From: a virus
IMG/VR virus record: IMGVR_UViG_3300013132_006127
Reading direction: 5' to 3' (one strand)
Length of the DNA stretch: 64,000 nucleotides
Shown here: piece after piece, positions 10,464 through 21,100 of the stretch
How positions within the stretch are numbered: the first letter of the stretch is position 1
Layout: every line of letters begins with the position of its first letter
Program-made: the position numbers and the translations under genes
Notes under the pieces: generated by a model
Told to the model about the DNA's origin: nothing
The model's input: only the letters and a program-made list of their open reading frames with translations
Databases searched by the model: none

Positions 10464-13400
10464 ATGTCAGGAATAAATTTTGATCCAGCAGATTTGCCAT
10501 CAGATAAAGATAATGTATGTACTCCTTTTCCCATGCCAACTATGAGTGGCCTTCATGTTGGAGCACGAATAGCTGTTATTAATGCTGTTCCTGATGCTTC
10601 GTGTCAACCAAAAACTGATCCTGCTCCTACTCCAGTACCACAAGCCACTCCGGCCACTATAATACCCACACCGCATCCTCAATTAACACAAACCCGTAGG
10701 GCTCCCAGTCCGAATAGAACAGTTGCTAAACTAGAAAGACCACCATTAGATTGGAGAGTTAGCGGTCCTTTTCCTCAGACATTATTTTTAGGATGTAGCG
10801 TAGTTGACTTTAATTTGAGTCTTGGGTGGGGTAGTGGTGACGGTTCTACTTTAACTGTTACTCTAGTTAGAGACCCCATGCCAACGTTCTCTGTATCGGC
10901 TGAGAGCATAGCAGACAAAAGCTCTAGATATGCTGGCATGAATTATGGTGCTTTAAAAGCAGCAGCAGAAGGAGTAAGAGATACCGCTAATCATTACTAC
11001 AACTCAATGAAGCCTCCAAAAGCATTAGTAGAAAGCTTACAACGAGCACTAGCAGCTTTACCAGTAAATTATACTGAAGCACAATACAGAGCTATTATGG
11101 AGGCTCATAGGTGGACAGCCCCAGCTGCTTTTACAGATGTTAATGGTGGACCTATTATTCCTGGTAAACTATATTACGAATTTAATACATCAACTAAGAG
11201 CTATGAGCAAAAGTACTGGCTTGGTCCAGATCCTGGTTTTATAGGAGACAAATTTAATAATAACTTTGATTATCAGCAATTAAATGGCTGGCCAATTAAT
11301 ATTATAGGAGCACCCGCAAGATTTGTTGTTGATGAATTTGTTTTTTGTGGAATTATTACTGATTGGAAAAAAAATATAAGCTCTGGAGGCACGCAATATA
11401 CTGTTACCTTACAAACACCTGTAAATCTACTAAGAAATTCTAAATTAATATTAGGTCATTATGCCGGTAGTGTTTTTACAAAAAATACGGCTGTGCCTGT
11501 TATAGCCCCTCCACCAAGAGTAGAATACGATAATAGCATACCTTTAACACCATGGGAAACATACTATCAACAAGCATATCCATCGGCGTTTGCTTCATTT
11601 ACAAAAACATACAAAGCATATATTTCTGGTCCAGTTAATATCACTGATACATATGTATCCAATCAAGCTGCTTATAACTACTTTGTTAATCAAAGCTGGA
11701 AAGGAGATATTAAGAATGACGGTAATTTACCTAATGTTATTAATATTTATGGATTTTTAGAAAGTTTAGGTCCAGGATTTTTCGGAGGCTCTAGACAAAA
11801 CGAATTAGGAATCAAATATAATGTAATTACTGGTACCTTGGGAGCAATGCTTGGTTCTCCAAATTCCAATAGTCCGTTTAATCCTTTTGGTGCTTTGGTT
11901 GGAGTTAGCGCAGAACCTCCTTTCAAAAGACCCGATGCTGCGGGTTCAAACCACGAATGGACAGAAGTATTTAGTCTTAACGACAAACCAACGGTTCAAG
12001 ATAAGATATCGGTACCAAATGCTAATGCTGCTCTTGGAAATGTTGCGGGAGCGGACACTCCCGCATTAAAGAACGCATCGGCCGTTTTTACTGAACAAAC
12101 TTATCCGGGCGTAAAAAGCATTTGGGATTTTGGATTAATAGTACCAAAACTTTCTGTTGCTTCTAATACTTTCAAGCAATTATATTATTTAGATCTAACA
12201 GAATTACCGGTTATGCCGGATTTATTAAGATATGATTCTCATAGTACTCCAACAATTAGTATATCAGAATTTGTTGATGATGTGTGTGACAAAGGAGGGT
12301 GTGAATATTTTTGGGAGATGTTACATGTTTCTGGAAACACGTTTGGTATAATAGGAGATACAACAACATACAATATTCTAAAGTTAAGAACAGTTTCTAG
12401 AAAAACTCAGCCTCCAGAAACTGCTGTTGAAGAGTATCTAAGAGGCTTTATTGGAGCCAAAACACAACTAGACTATGGTAAAGAGTTTAATGCTGATGCT
12501 AGAACAAGAGTAATGCATATCGGAGGGAAACAAAAACGATTAATTCAAGTTAAGAATTTTCGTTTAGGAAAAACTCAGTCTGTGCATATATATTCTCCTA
12601 TTACTCGACGTTTTATGATATTGGATGTAAAAGAAAAAAATAAGATTAGAATACCAAATGTTGGATCCACCAGACATCCTTTAAACTTAATTAGAGGAGC
12701 AGAAAATACTAATTTGAATGAAATTTCTACAGCTTTTTTTGCTAATGATATTAATTGGAATCAAACTGATTATGGATCAGGAGGGGGTGGTGGGGTAACA
12801 AATCCAACCGCGGCAACTAAACAAGCGGAAACTGATGATGAAAATCCTGGAGTTAGTAAACCTCAACCATCAAGAGGTAATCTAAAATTAAAATCTGCTA
12901 GAGAAAGAGGAAACAAGTTTCAAGTTACAGAATCTCCAATAACATTTTTAGGTAGCTATTTGCCAAGTGCAACTCTAGTTTTTAATAGATATAGAGATAT
13001 CGTTGTTTATAAAACTAGAATGAATGCCAACGAAACAGCGGCACCAACCAAAAAAACATTTTCCTATACAATGCAAAAAACCATCGATAGTGCTTATAAC
13101 AAAGTTGCAGGCTTCGCCGTCTCCGCTGCTCAATTGGGTCTTAATTCTGTTGCAAAATGGTTCGGTATGAAGACCGTCAACCTCACCTGGAAAAATAAAA
13201 CGACAACACCGCAACAAACAAATGTCTATGGTCAAGGTGATACTTCAAATATAGGTGTTAATTCGGAAAAAAATAAAGACAATGTTAAATTAAAAATTAC
13301 AACTATAAATAGATTTTTCCCATTAATGCATGATGTTATATGTCCATATTTTGGATCCTACAAATACCTACCTATTGATGGTTTTGCAAATTCTGCTAAT

Positions 13401-14537
13401 AGTGCAGAATATATAAAAACACCAAGACCGGTATGGTATGATATGTGGACAAATCAAGTTTTAGTTGTTTTTGGCATAAATGATCTTCCAAGAACACGTA
13501 TGACTTTACGAGGTACTTATGCTAATGGAACATCGTTTGTTGTTACAGAATCAGAAATACGAGCAGCCTTAAGAGGATTCGATGCATGGATAGCGTATCT
13601 TAGTGCAAGACTATATAAACCCGATATAGTACACATGATTAAAAAATTTTTATGTCCATCTGCTAGTACGGTACCAGTACCACCAACTGACCCACCGACA
13701 CAAAGAGGTAGTGCCGCAGCAGATCCTAATAGAAGGGGAGACCCAGCTGCTGCTGATCAAGCAGCACAAGTGGATAACGATGGAGGATCAGGATCATCAG
13801 TACCATCTAGTACATCTATTTTTGATTTGGATAATCTTAATGAGTGTGATTTTTGTAAAATTTTTATGGCAATATTTAAGATGCCAAAAATTAATTTGAT
13901 GAACGGTTCCGTTTTACAAGCCAACAATCCTATTAATCTTAAGGCTGGTTTGGCTGGGGCCCTTTATGATGACATGAGAATATTACATAGTTTTTTTGAA
14001 AATATTGGTAAAGAGTTTTATGGTAAACAATTTATGGTTAAATTACCAATGATTAGAACATATATAGATAGAAGCGTATATATTATAGATGATGGATTTA
14101 ATGATTCTTTATTGTATAATACCGATATGAGAATCATGGAAGGAGACGGTAAAGTTTATTCTAACTATAAGATTAGTCCTCAAGGAGCCTGGGAAGAGGC
14201 CGGAAACATGATTGATGATCAGATGGTAATTGGAGGTTGGTATGCTAATATATTTCAGAATGAACAAGGATTACTTGGTCCTATTTTAGGGTTCTGGTCT
14301 AGTATGGGTTTTGATTATGAATCTTATTTTATTTGTAAATTACTAAAAGAAGGAAATGGTCAAAGAGTTGATCCAGAAAAGACAAAGGGTTCTTTATTTA
14401 AGATTGGAGACATGATTCATTCTCCAAGAGTATGTTTAGATAATGTTGCTGGTACAACTAACAATGATACTACGGATAACAGCTCCGTACAACCTGTTCC
14501 GGATCCAAGAACCCAACCATTAAGACATGGAACATAA
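10464..14537 (+). CDS. Large putative tail/baseplate protein (part 1)
   Basis: 1357 aa, AAGGA SD. The N-terminal FLGCSVVDFNLSLGWG..STLTVTL and FVFCGIITDW..YTVTL patterns resemble baseplate-hub-like beta barrels (inference). Confidence 0.5.
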   Translation: MSGINFDPADLPSDKDNVCTPFPMPTMSGLHVGARIAVINAVPDASCQPKTDPAPTPVPQATPATIIPTPHPQLTQTRRAPSPNRTVAKLERPPLDWRVSGPFPQTLFLGCSVVDFNLSLGWGSGDGSTLTVTLVRDPMPTFSVSAESIADKSSRYAGMNYGALKAAAEGVRDTANHYYNSMKPPKALVESLQRALAALPVNYTEAQYRAIMEAHRWTAPAAFTDVNGGPIIPGKLYYEFNTSTKSYEQKYWLGPDPGFIGDKFNNNFDYQQLNGWPINIIGAPARFVVDEFVFCGIITDWKKNISSGGTQYTVTLQTPVNLLRNSKLILGHYAGSVFTKNTAVPVIAPPPRVEYDNSIPLTPWETYYQQAYPSAFASFTKTYKAYISGPVNITDTYVSNQAAYNYFVNQSWKGDIKNDGNLPNVINIYGFLESLGPGFFGGSRQNELGIKYNVITGTLGAMLGSPNSNSPFNPFGALVGVSAEPPFKRPDAAGSNHEWTEVFSLNDKPTVQDKISVPNANAALGNVAGADTPALKNASAVFTEQTYPGVKSIWDFGLIVPKLSVASNTFKQLYYLDLTELPVMPDLLRYDSHSTPTISISEFVDDVCDKGGCEYFWEMLHVSGNTFGIIGDTTTYNILKLRTVSRKTQPPETAVEEYLRGFIGAKTQLDYGKEFNADARTRVMHIGGKQKRLIQVKNFRLGKTQSVHIYSPITRRFMILDVKEKNKIRIPNVGSTRHPLNLIRGAENTNLNEISTAFFANDINWNQTDYGSGGGGGVTNPTAATKQAETDDENPGVSKPQPSRGNLKLKSARERGNKFQVTESPITFLGSYLPSATLVFNRYRDIVVYKTRMNANETAAPTKKTFSYTMQKTIDSAYNKVAGFAVSAAQLGLNSVAKWFGMKTVNLTWKNKTTTPQQTNVYGQGDTSNIGVNSEKNKDNVKLKITTINRFFPLMHDVICPYFGSYKYLPIDGFANSANSAEYIKTPRPVWYDMWTNQVLVVFGINDLPRTRMTLRGTYANGTSFVVTESEIRAALRGFDAWIAYLSARLYKPDIVHMIKKFLCPSASTVPVPPTDPPTQRGSAAADPNRRGDPAAADQAAQVDNDGGSGSSVPSSTSIFDLDNLNECDFCKIFMAIFKMPKINLMNGSVLQANNPINLKAGLAGALYDDMRILHSFFENIGKEFYGKQFMVKLPMIRTYIDRSVYIIDDGFNDSLLYNTDMRIMEGDGKVYSNYKISPQGAWEEAGNMIDDQMVIGGWYANIFQNEQGLLGPILGFWSSMGFDYESYFICKLLKEGNGQRVDPEKTKGSLFKIGDMIHSPRVCLDNVAGTTNNDTTDNSSVQPVPDPRTQPLRHGT

Positions 14538-14564
14538 GATCATGCAAAATAATGGAGAAATTAA

Positions 14565-17500
14565 ATGACTAGAAGATTTGTATTCGAAGGTAATAGGTCA
14601 ACACAGGCTCCAAATGCTAAAGATCCTCAACAAGCAGTAAATAGGAGTTGGAATTGTAGTGCTGAAGATTTCTTTTTTCCTATTCTGGATATGTCAAGCT
14701 ATGATAATGGTACTGATAGAAATTATATTCAAATGCATGCGGCTAATTATGATCATGTGGACCCTCTTCATTCTGATGGTTATAGAATAGGAATAACAGA
14801 ACTATCTTCAATAACAAATAATATTTATATCAAAAAAACATATGTTAAAGCAGGAATAGAGGAAGAGCTTGTTTATGATGATCCGGAAAATGTATTTTGT
14901 GGATTCGGTTTCCCTAGAGCTATTCTTAATATAGCTTCACCTATACCAATCAATGCTTCCACCTACTTAGGAACAGGCGATGCAAAGTCTCCATACAATA
15001 AAGTTTCAGCCGTATCTGCCGCAGAAGACTTTTCTATATTAGCATATATTAATAATGGTAATCTAAACACAGAATTACACGATGCGTTAGTCCAGCTTTT
15101 TTCTCATTATTATGGATTATGGTTAAAGAATGGTAACTTATCATTTATAGGAGCTAATGGAACAGCTGCCCCGGTTAATGGACCGGCTCAACCCACGTCT
15201 GCTACACAAGTTACTCCAGATGGAGGAGGTTTAACTCCAGACTCTACTACTTTTGGCAGTTTTGCTGATTTAAGAAAAAGCCCATTCAATAAAGAAATGG
15301 CTCCAAAAGCAGCCATGGCAGGATTCGCTGGTGTACCTGTTGAATCACAACAATTTGTATATGGTCCGTGGGTAAACTATCCGGATCTACAAAGACATAA
15401 AATTTTCCCACACTTAAATAATAATCAAAGAATATCAGCTATAGAAAATATGATAGGCGGTAGTCATGTGGAGGTGCAAAATGATTTTGTGCCAGAAAAC
15501 TATGGTGGGATGTATTTATTGGATCAAGCAGCTTCGGAGCTTATCGAATCTGAGACTAGCTATCAACAAAGATTTGAAACAGGAAGTCTTAGCATACCTG
15601 GATTGCCCCTATTCTCTTTAGGAGACGAATTATCTATTCATGGATCATCTATAAATTATTATGTCCCATTAGATGCTCAATATATTGGTTATGGAGTTAT
15701 GAGAAGAAAAGCCACGGTTAATACCGGGCCAAATATCACAAACATATCTGTTCAATTAAATAGATCTCCTGAAACAAGATATACTTTTAAAACATATTCT
15801 TCTAGACTAAATATTTTTAACAAGAAAAATGCCGATAATATGAGGCTTGCGGCGCAAAAACAACAAAAAGCCAGAAGAGATTTATTTACTCAGCTAAATA
15901 ATGTTGAACACAAATTTAGTAAAAAACTTAGTATGTACTCTACTTTTAGAGACAAGTTTTATGCCAATATGAATGGGGAACAGAGCGCCACCAGTTCCGC
16001 TAGTCCTGTAGAAGTTTTGGTAGGCAATGTCTATGATTATGCTGGTAGAATTACCGGGTCTACAACAGGCGTTTATATTACTAAAAGGTCTAACGTAGGT
16101 TTATTTGATGCCAAAGAAGTACCTAGAGAAATGACCTCTAGTTATAGCTTAAAATCATTTATGAGTTTGGATGGTTTTTATTCTCCTGTGTCTTTCTTTC
16201 CGACAAAATGGGGTCATACAGTACCGTACTCTAAATTTGAAAAAAATAAATGTCCAATTTGTAACGGTACTAAGAAATATAAAGAAATACGCTTCCATCC
16301 CGGTGGAGCGACTCAAGGTGAAGTAGAATTATATTGTGATTATTGTGAAGAAACGCCTTTCTATAAAGCATCAAATAAAAAGTTAAAACCACCCAAGATA
16401 CCCCCATTCATATTAGCCTCTGGTTTGAATGTAACTGTAAGAGAATCATCCGATGGCGCTGCACAGAATGCTGTTGTGTATGAATATGTTACCGATAAAA
16501 ATTTAATTCAAAACCCCAAGAATTTTCTTAAAACATTAACTGGTGGAGATGGTTCTGGCATAGATTTAATAACACTAAATCCTATAATCGCAGTTAGTGG
16601 TACTTTTAGAAATAAAAATGCCAACCCTGATGATTTTTGTGGTCATTCGATAGAGGTTGTAGGAAGAGGATATGTTGCTCCCCAAAATTCGCTAAGGATA
16701 GTGGAAGATATAGTAGATGGAGCAGTAGTAGGAACAAATTTAACAGGTAATTCTAGAGTCCCTAGATTAGATACTGCTGCGAGTCAAGTTCTAAATAAGA
16801 TAGTTCCCAAAGCATTTTTAGATATAGATTATGTATCTTACGATTTTAGAAATTTGATGGGCAATACTCCTATTAATAAAATACATGAATTAAATCAAAG
16901 ATTTTTTAGTTTCAAAGGCCCTATGGTAATGCATGGTTGGGGTTATGATATCGATGGGTTTCCGGTGCCTAATGCTTCTGGCAATCCTATCAACAGCGGT
17001 CAATTTAAGCCACATCCGACTACCGGTGCTCTTTGGAGAACAAGAGCGTTGGATGTTATGGGTGCTAACGACATCAATAGTCCAGATTATGGAGATATTA
17101 TTGTTGGACAAAATATGGAGTGGAAGGATGGTTTATGGTCTGAGCCTTATAGAGAAAAAGAATTTTTAGACGGTTGGGGACTAAAACAGAGCAATTGGCC
17201 TGTTGGACCGATAGATCTAAGGTGGGATGAATCCAGAAGAGTTTGGGTGGCACATTCTGATAAAACGTATGATAATGTTTATGTAACACTAGAAGAAGAT
17301 CTAATATTAGAAAGAAATTCTAGACATACTTATCCAGCTAGAGGTTTCTTAGATGAAATAGATTTTGATAAAGAACCAATACCTCGCGGAACAAGAAGAG
17401 TTGTTTTCGTTAAAGATAGATCCGGATACACAGCACCAAGAGGAGCTAAACTATATTGTTCTTATGATACTAACAGTGGATTTTATCAACCTATAAGTAA

Positions 17501-17714
17501 ACCCAATATAATTTGTTCTGGTATTATTAAACAAGGATTAAATGCTGATATTTTTGCTAATTACGCTGAACCAACAACGGGTATGATACAAGATGTTTCT
17601 AGAATTAGTGTTAAATTTACTAATAATTTAAATTTGGAATTAAAGCCCAACCATAGGGCCATGTTTATATACATGGACGGCGTGTGGAATTTAATGAATA
17701 TAGGAAGACCATAA
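14565..17714 (+). CDS. Large putative tail protein (part 2) with an inserted CxxC...CxxC zinc finger
   Basis: 1049 aa, GGAGA SD at about 14554; CPICNG...CDYC motif. Confidence 0.5.
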   Translation: MTRRFVFEGNRSTQAPNAKDPQQAVNRSWNCSAEDFFFPILDMSSYDNGTDRNYIQMHAANYDHVDPLHSDGYRIGITELSSITNNIYIKKTYVKAGIEEELVYDDPENVFCGFGFPRAILNIASPIPINASTYLGTGDAKSPYNKVSAVSAAEDFSILAYINNGNLNTELHDALVQLFSHYYGLWLKNGNLSFIGANGTAAPVNGPAQPTSATQVTPDGGGLTPDSTTFGSFADLRKSPFNKEMAPKAAMAGFAGVPVESQQFVYGPWVNYPDLQRHKIFPHLNNNQRISAIENMIGGSHVEVQNDFVPENYGGMYLLDQAASELIESETSYQQRFETGSLSIPGLPLFSLGDELSIHGSSINYYVPLDAQYIGYGVMRRKATVNTGPNITNISVQLNRSPETRYTFKTYSSRLNIFNKKNADNMRLAAQKQQKARRDLFTQLNNVEHKFSKKLSMYSTFRDKFYANMNGEQSATSSASPVEVLVGNVYDYAGRITGSTTGVYITKRSNVGLFDAKEVPREMTSSYSLKSFMSLDGFYSPVSFFPTKWGHTVPYSKFEKNKCPICNGTKKYKEIRFHPGGATQGEVELYCDYCEETPFYKASNKKLKPPKIPPFILASGLNVTVRESSDGAAQNAVVYEYVTDKNLIQNPKNFLKTLTGGDGSGIDLITLNPIIAVSGTFRNKNANPDDFCGHSIEVVGRGYVAPQNSLRIVEDIVDGAVVGTNLTGNSRVPRLDTAASQVLNKIVPKAFLDIDYVSYDFRNLMGNTPINKIHELNQRFFSFKGPMVMHGWGYDIDGFPVPNASGNPINSGQFKPHPTTGALWRTRALDVMGANDINSPDYGDIIVGQNMEWKDGLWSEPYREKEFLDGWGLKQSNWPVGPIDLRWDESRRVWVAHSDKTYDNVYVTLEEDLILERNSRHTYPARGFLDEIDFDKEPIPRGTRRVVFVKDRSGYTAPRGAKLYCSYDTNSGFYQPISKPNIICSGIIKQGLNADIFANYAEPTTGMIQDVSRISVKFTNNLNLELKPNHRAMFIYMDGVWNLMNIGRP

Positions 17715-18151
17715 TGAATAATCAAGAAAGAGAAGTTCTTAGTCCAGACTATTATGAGATTCTCACCAACCCAAACTCTAATGTGGTAGTAAATGATATT
17801 AGATTTATAAATAGTGTTTTATTGGTGATAGATTCAAAATATGAAGAATATAAAACTTCTCTTAAAAGAGCAATAGTTAATGAACAGGCTTATAGAGGTC
17901 TAGACCCTAAAATAGGCACAGAATTGTATAATGAACTATTATCTTTAATGGAAGAAAAAAAAGAAATTTTGAAAAAAGATATTATTGTATCTGGGCACTT
18001 GTCTAATATAAGTAATAAAACCAATATTAGAACAGCCGTATTTTTCTATAACAATCTCAAGTCTTCGGTTGCTCAACAGTTGGATTTGGCTTATTCATTA
18101 ATTGTTAGTAGACTAAGGAACTTTTATTTAAGAGATATTAACGATGGATAG
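17714..18151 (+). CDS. Hypothetical alpha-helical protein
   Basis: A TAATG overlap with the upstream stop places the start at 17714. Confidence 0.7.
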   Translation: MNNQEREVLSPDYYEILTNPNSNVVVNDIRFINSVLLVIDSKYEEYKTSLKRAIVNEQAYRGLDPKIGTELYNELLSLMEEKKEILKKDIIVSGHLSNISNKTNIRTAVFFYNNLKSSVAQQLDLAYSLIVSRLRNFYLRDINDG

Positions 18152-21100
18152 ATTTGATACCGTTAGCGCATTTACAAATAATGCGGCAGGAGTTATAGAT
18201 AGCGCTAATAATAATATTATTAGATCTTTTCCACCTTATGATACGGATATATATAACTCTTTAGAAATTCTAACCGCCCAAGTTCCACCTACTAGGATCA
18301 ATGTTCCTCCACCAGTAGCTACTGTCGAACCTATAAGTTTTCTCAACAAAAAAACCAACACCAACGTAACAGAGTCTACGGTTTTATCAACAGAAAGCTC
18401 TAATTTTTGGTTTAAAGGTTTAAAAGCTGATCTAGACTGGGACAGGATAAGAGAAGATGATATAACATTAAACTATGATCTAAATAATTATATTACTCCT
18501 TTTAATCCTACTATTAGTGGTGTGTGGCGCCCATGTATTATGTATGTCGATCCTATAACTGGTGCCAAAAATACAAATATAGAGTTTTCTGATACTGGTA
18601 GCGATGAAGATTGTGAGGCCGGTTTAGGCTTAGAAAATTTCATCACCATATCTACTCCATTTTTTAAAAGCTGGACCATTGATCCGGGATTACAAGCTAA
18701 AATAGACTGGAAAATACCTAAAACACTAGGAACATGTAGTGTTATGGGTGTTCTATTTTGGTATAGACATTACGACATAGGAAGAGAAACGACAATCAAG
18801 CAAACTTTTAATATGCCGATGGGAGGATTTAACGAAACAAGAAATACTGCTATTTTACCAAAACAATTAGTAAGAATTGATGGTAAACTAATAGAGTTAA
18901 GGGAACAACACGAAGATCATACATATATTTCTCAAGCAAATAATACTAATATAATACCATTATATGGTTTGCATTCTGGTTTAAAAGAAGGAGACTATGT
19001 TCTTGTAATTCGCAACAATGCTTCTGGAAAAGTTTCTGAGGATGTATATAAGGTTACAGAGGGTTTATGGGTTTGTATGGGGCCAAAGAGATTTTTACCA
19101 GGAGTAGATATATATCTATCTGATGGTTTTTGTACTATTGAATATGATTCATATTATTTAATACAATCTATAAAGAGAGAGCCCAATACAGAAGAACCCG
19201 AGTCTATTTTTGAGTATTATCCAAAAACCCATCTTATAACCAACGATCTATCAAAATACAGAGGCTGTTTAACCAGTCTATTGAACTTAAGTAATAATAC
19301 AACCCTAGAAAAGCTTATAGAAGCTGATGGATTAGGTACTACAGAAGAGAATTTACCTATTCATATTTATATGAACAAAGAAAAGAGAAACAAGTATGTC
19401 GGTTTAAAAAATTTAGCAAGAATTTTATCCACAGGGCCTTTGGTGGATATGGCTGCTATATACGCATACAATAAATTTTTAGACACTATAGATTTAAATG
19501 TATATAAAACTGGTAATTTTATTACTTTAAAAAATCAAATAGAAGATGTTTATGGTAGATTAACATTAAAGACCTTACCACCAATTATCAGTCCTATCAA
19601 TAGTAGAATATACGATTTACCCGCAGGGGTTTTTGCTGATGATGATATTACAATCTCTATTAATAATGTAAATATTGCTAAAACACAATGGAAAAAAATA
19701 ACTAATGTTCGAATAGAAATAGATAACGGTGTTATTTTTCAACCAGATAATAATACCATTTCTATTGTTAAAAACATATATGTTAATGATGATATAACAT
19801 CAGCTATTTTTGATAAAGTATCTAGATCTTTATACAATAACATAGAACATAACGATGTTCAGTCTATACAAGATAATTTAAGAATTATTAAAACTAAAAA
19901 AGATTTAGCTTTAGCTTTAACTGTATTTGATAATGTTTCAAAAAACTTTTATTTACAGTTTAATTCTGGACAATCATTAAAAATGATGTCTTCTAAGACT
20001 ATCTCGGTACCTCAAGTTTATCTTAAAATGGATTTTGAACATAAAAGAAGACTAGGTATTCAAACAGAGGAATTTTGGTATAAACAAAGAATTAATGTCG
20101 GAGGAACAGAAGTTTATACTAAATTAAAAGTACCAGACGATACCGAATTTGATCCTGGAGAAAATGAATCATTGGTTCTTTCTATTACCGATGATACTTT
20201 TACAACAGCAGCAGCTCCTGGGGGTGGATTAGCACAAGAAAAAATTATGATCTATGATTTTTTAGGTTTTGATGCTAATAAATCTGAATTGTACAATAGT
20301 ACTCTTACTTCGATGTATGATGCTTTTGGGGTAAATCAGCAATTTTATAAGGTGATAGAATTACAAAAAACACTTAATAATTCTTTAAGAGACCCCTCAG
20401 AAACTTATAATTTGGGATTAATTAATGGAGAACCATACAGATTAACCAAAAGATTGAATAATTGGACATGGGATTTCGATAAAGCCTTACGAAGTAAACA
20501 GGAACTGATAGAGGATTTAAATAAAGATAATCCAGTATTTAAAAATAGTTTAAATTTATTAGATGATAGATTTTTAGAAGCTAACACTAATAATAAAACT
20601 ATCTATCCAGATATTAAAGAAGTATATTTTCATCGTTTAGGGGGCGTGGTATTTCCAAATTTATTCCTATTTACAATAGGCAAGAGTCTTTATTGGAATT
20701 ATAGAACTGGTCCAGTGCCAATTCAAAATGCTCAATACTTTGTTGAAAAATTGCCAGGCCCCAATATTACAAGACCAAACAAGGTGCTCATTGAGTTTGA
20801 ATGTAATGAATTTTTGCATGTTAGGCTGTATGATATAGAGATAGAAAATTTACGTATAGACACGTATGAATCCTCCGGCTTTAGACCCTTTCCAAATAAA
20901 GTACCAATAAGGTCGGATGAAACCAGGGTATACGACCAGGTTATAGGATACGAATTTAATGAGGAAATACATCTGCTAACTACTCAATTCTCTCCACCGA
21001 TTGTGGCCTACGGAGCCCACAGAAAAGAAGATGTAGAAAGCCTAGGAGTAACAATATTAAACCATCCCAAACCTATTCAAAAAAACCCAATAACACAACT

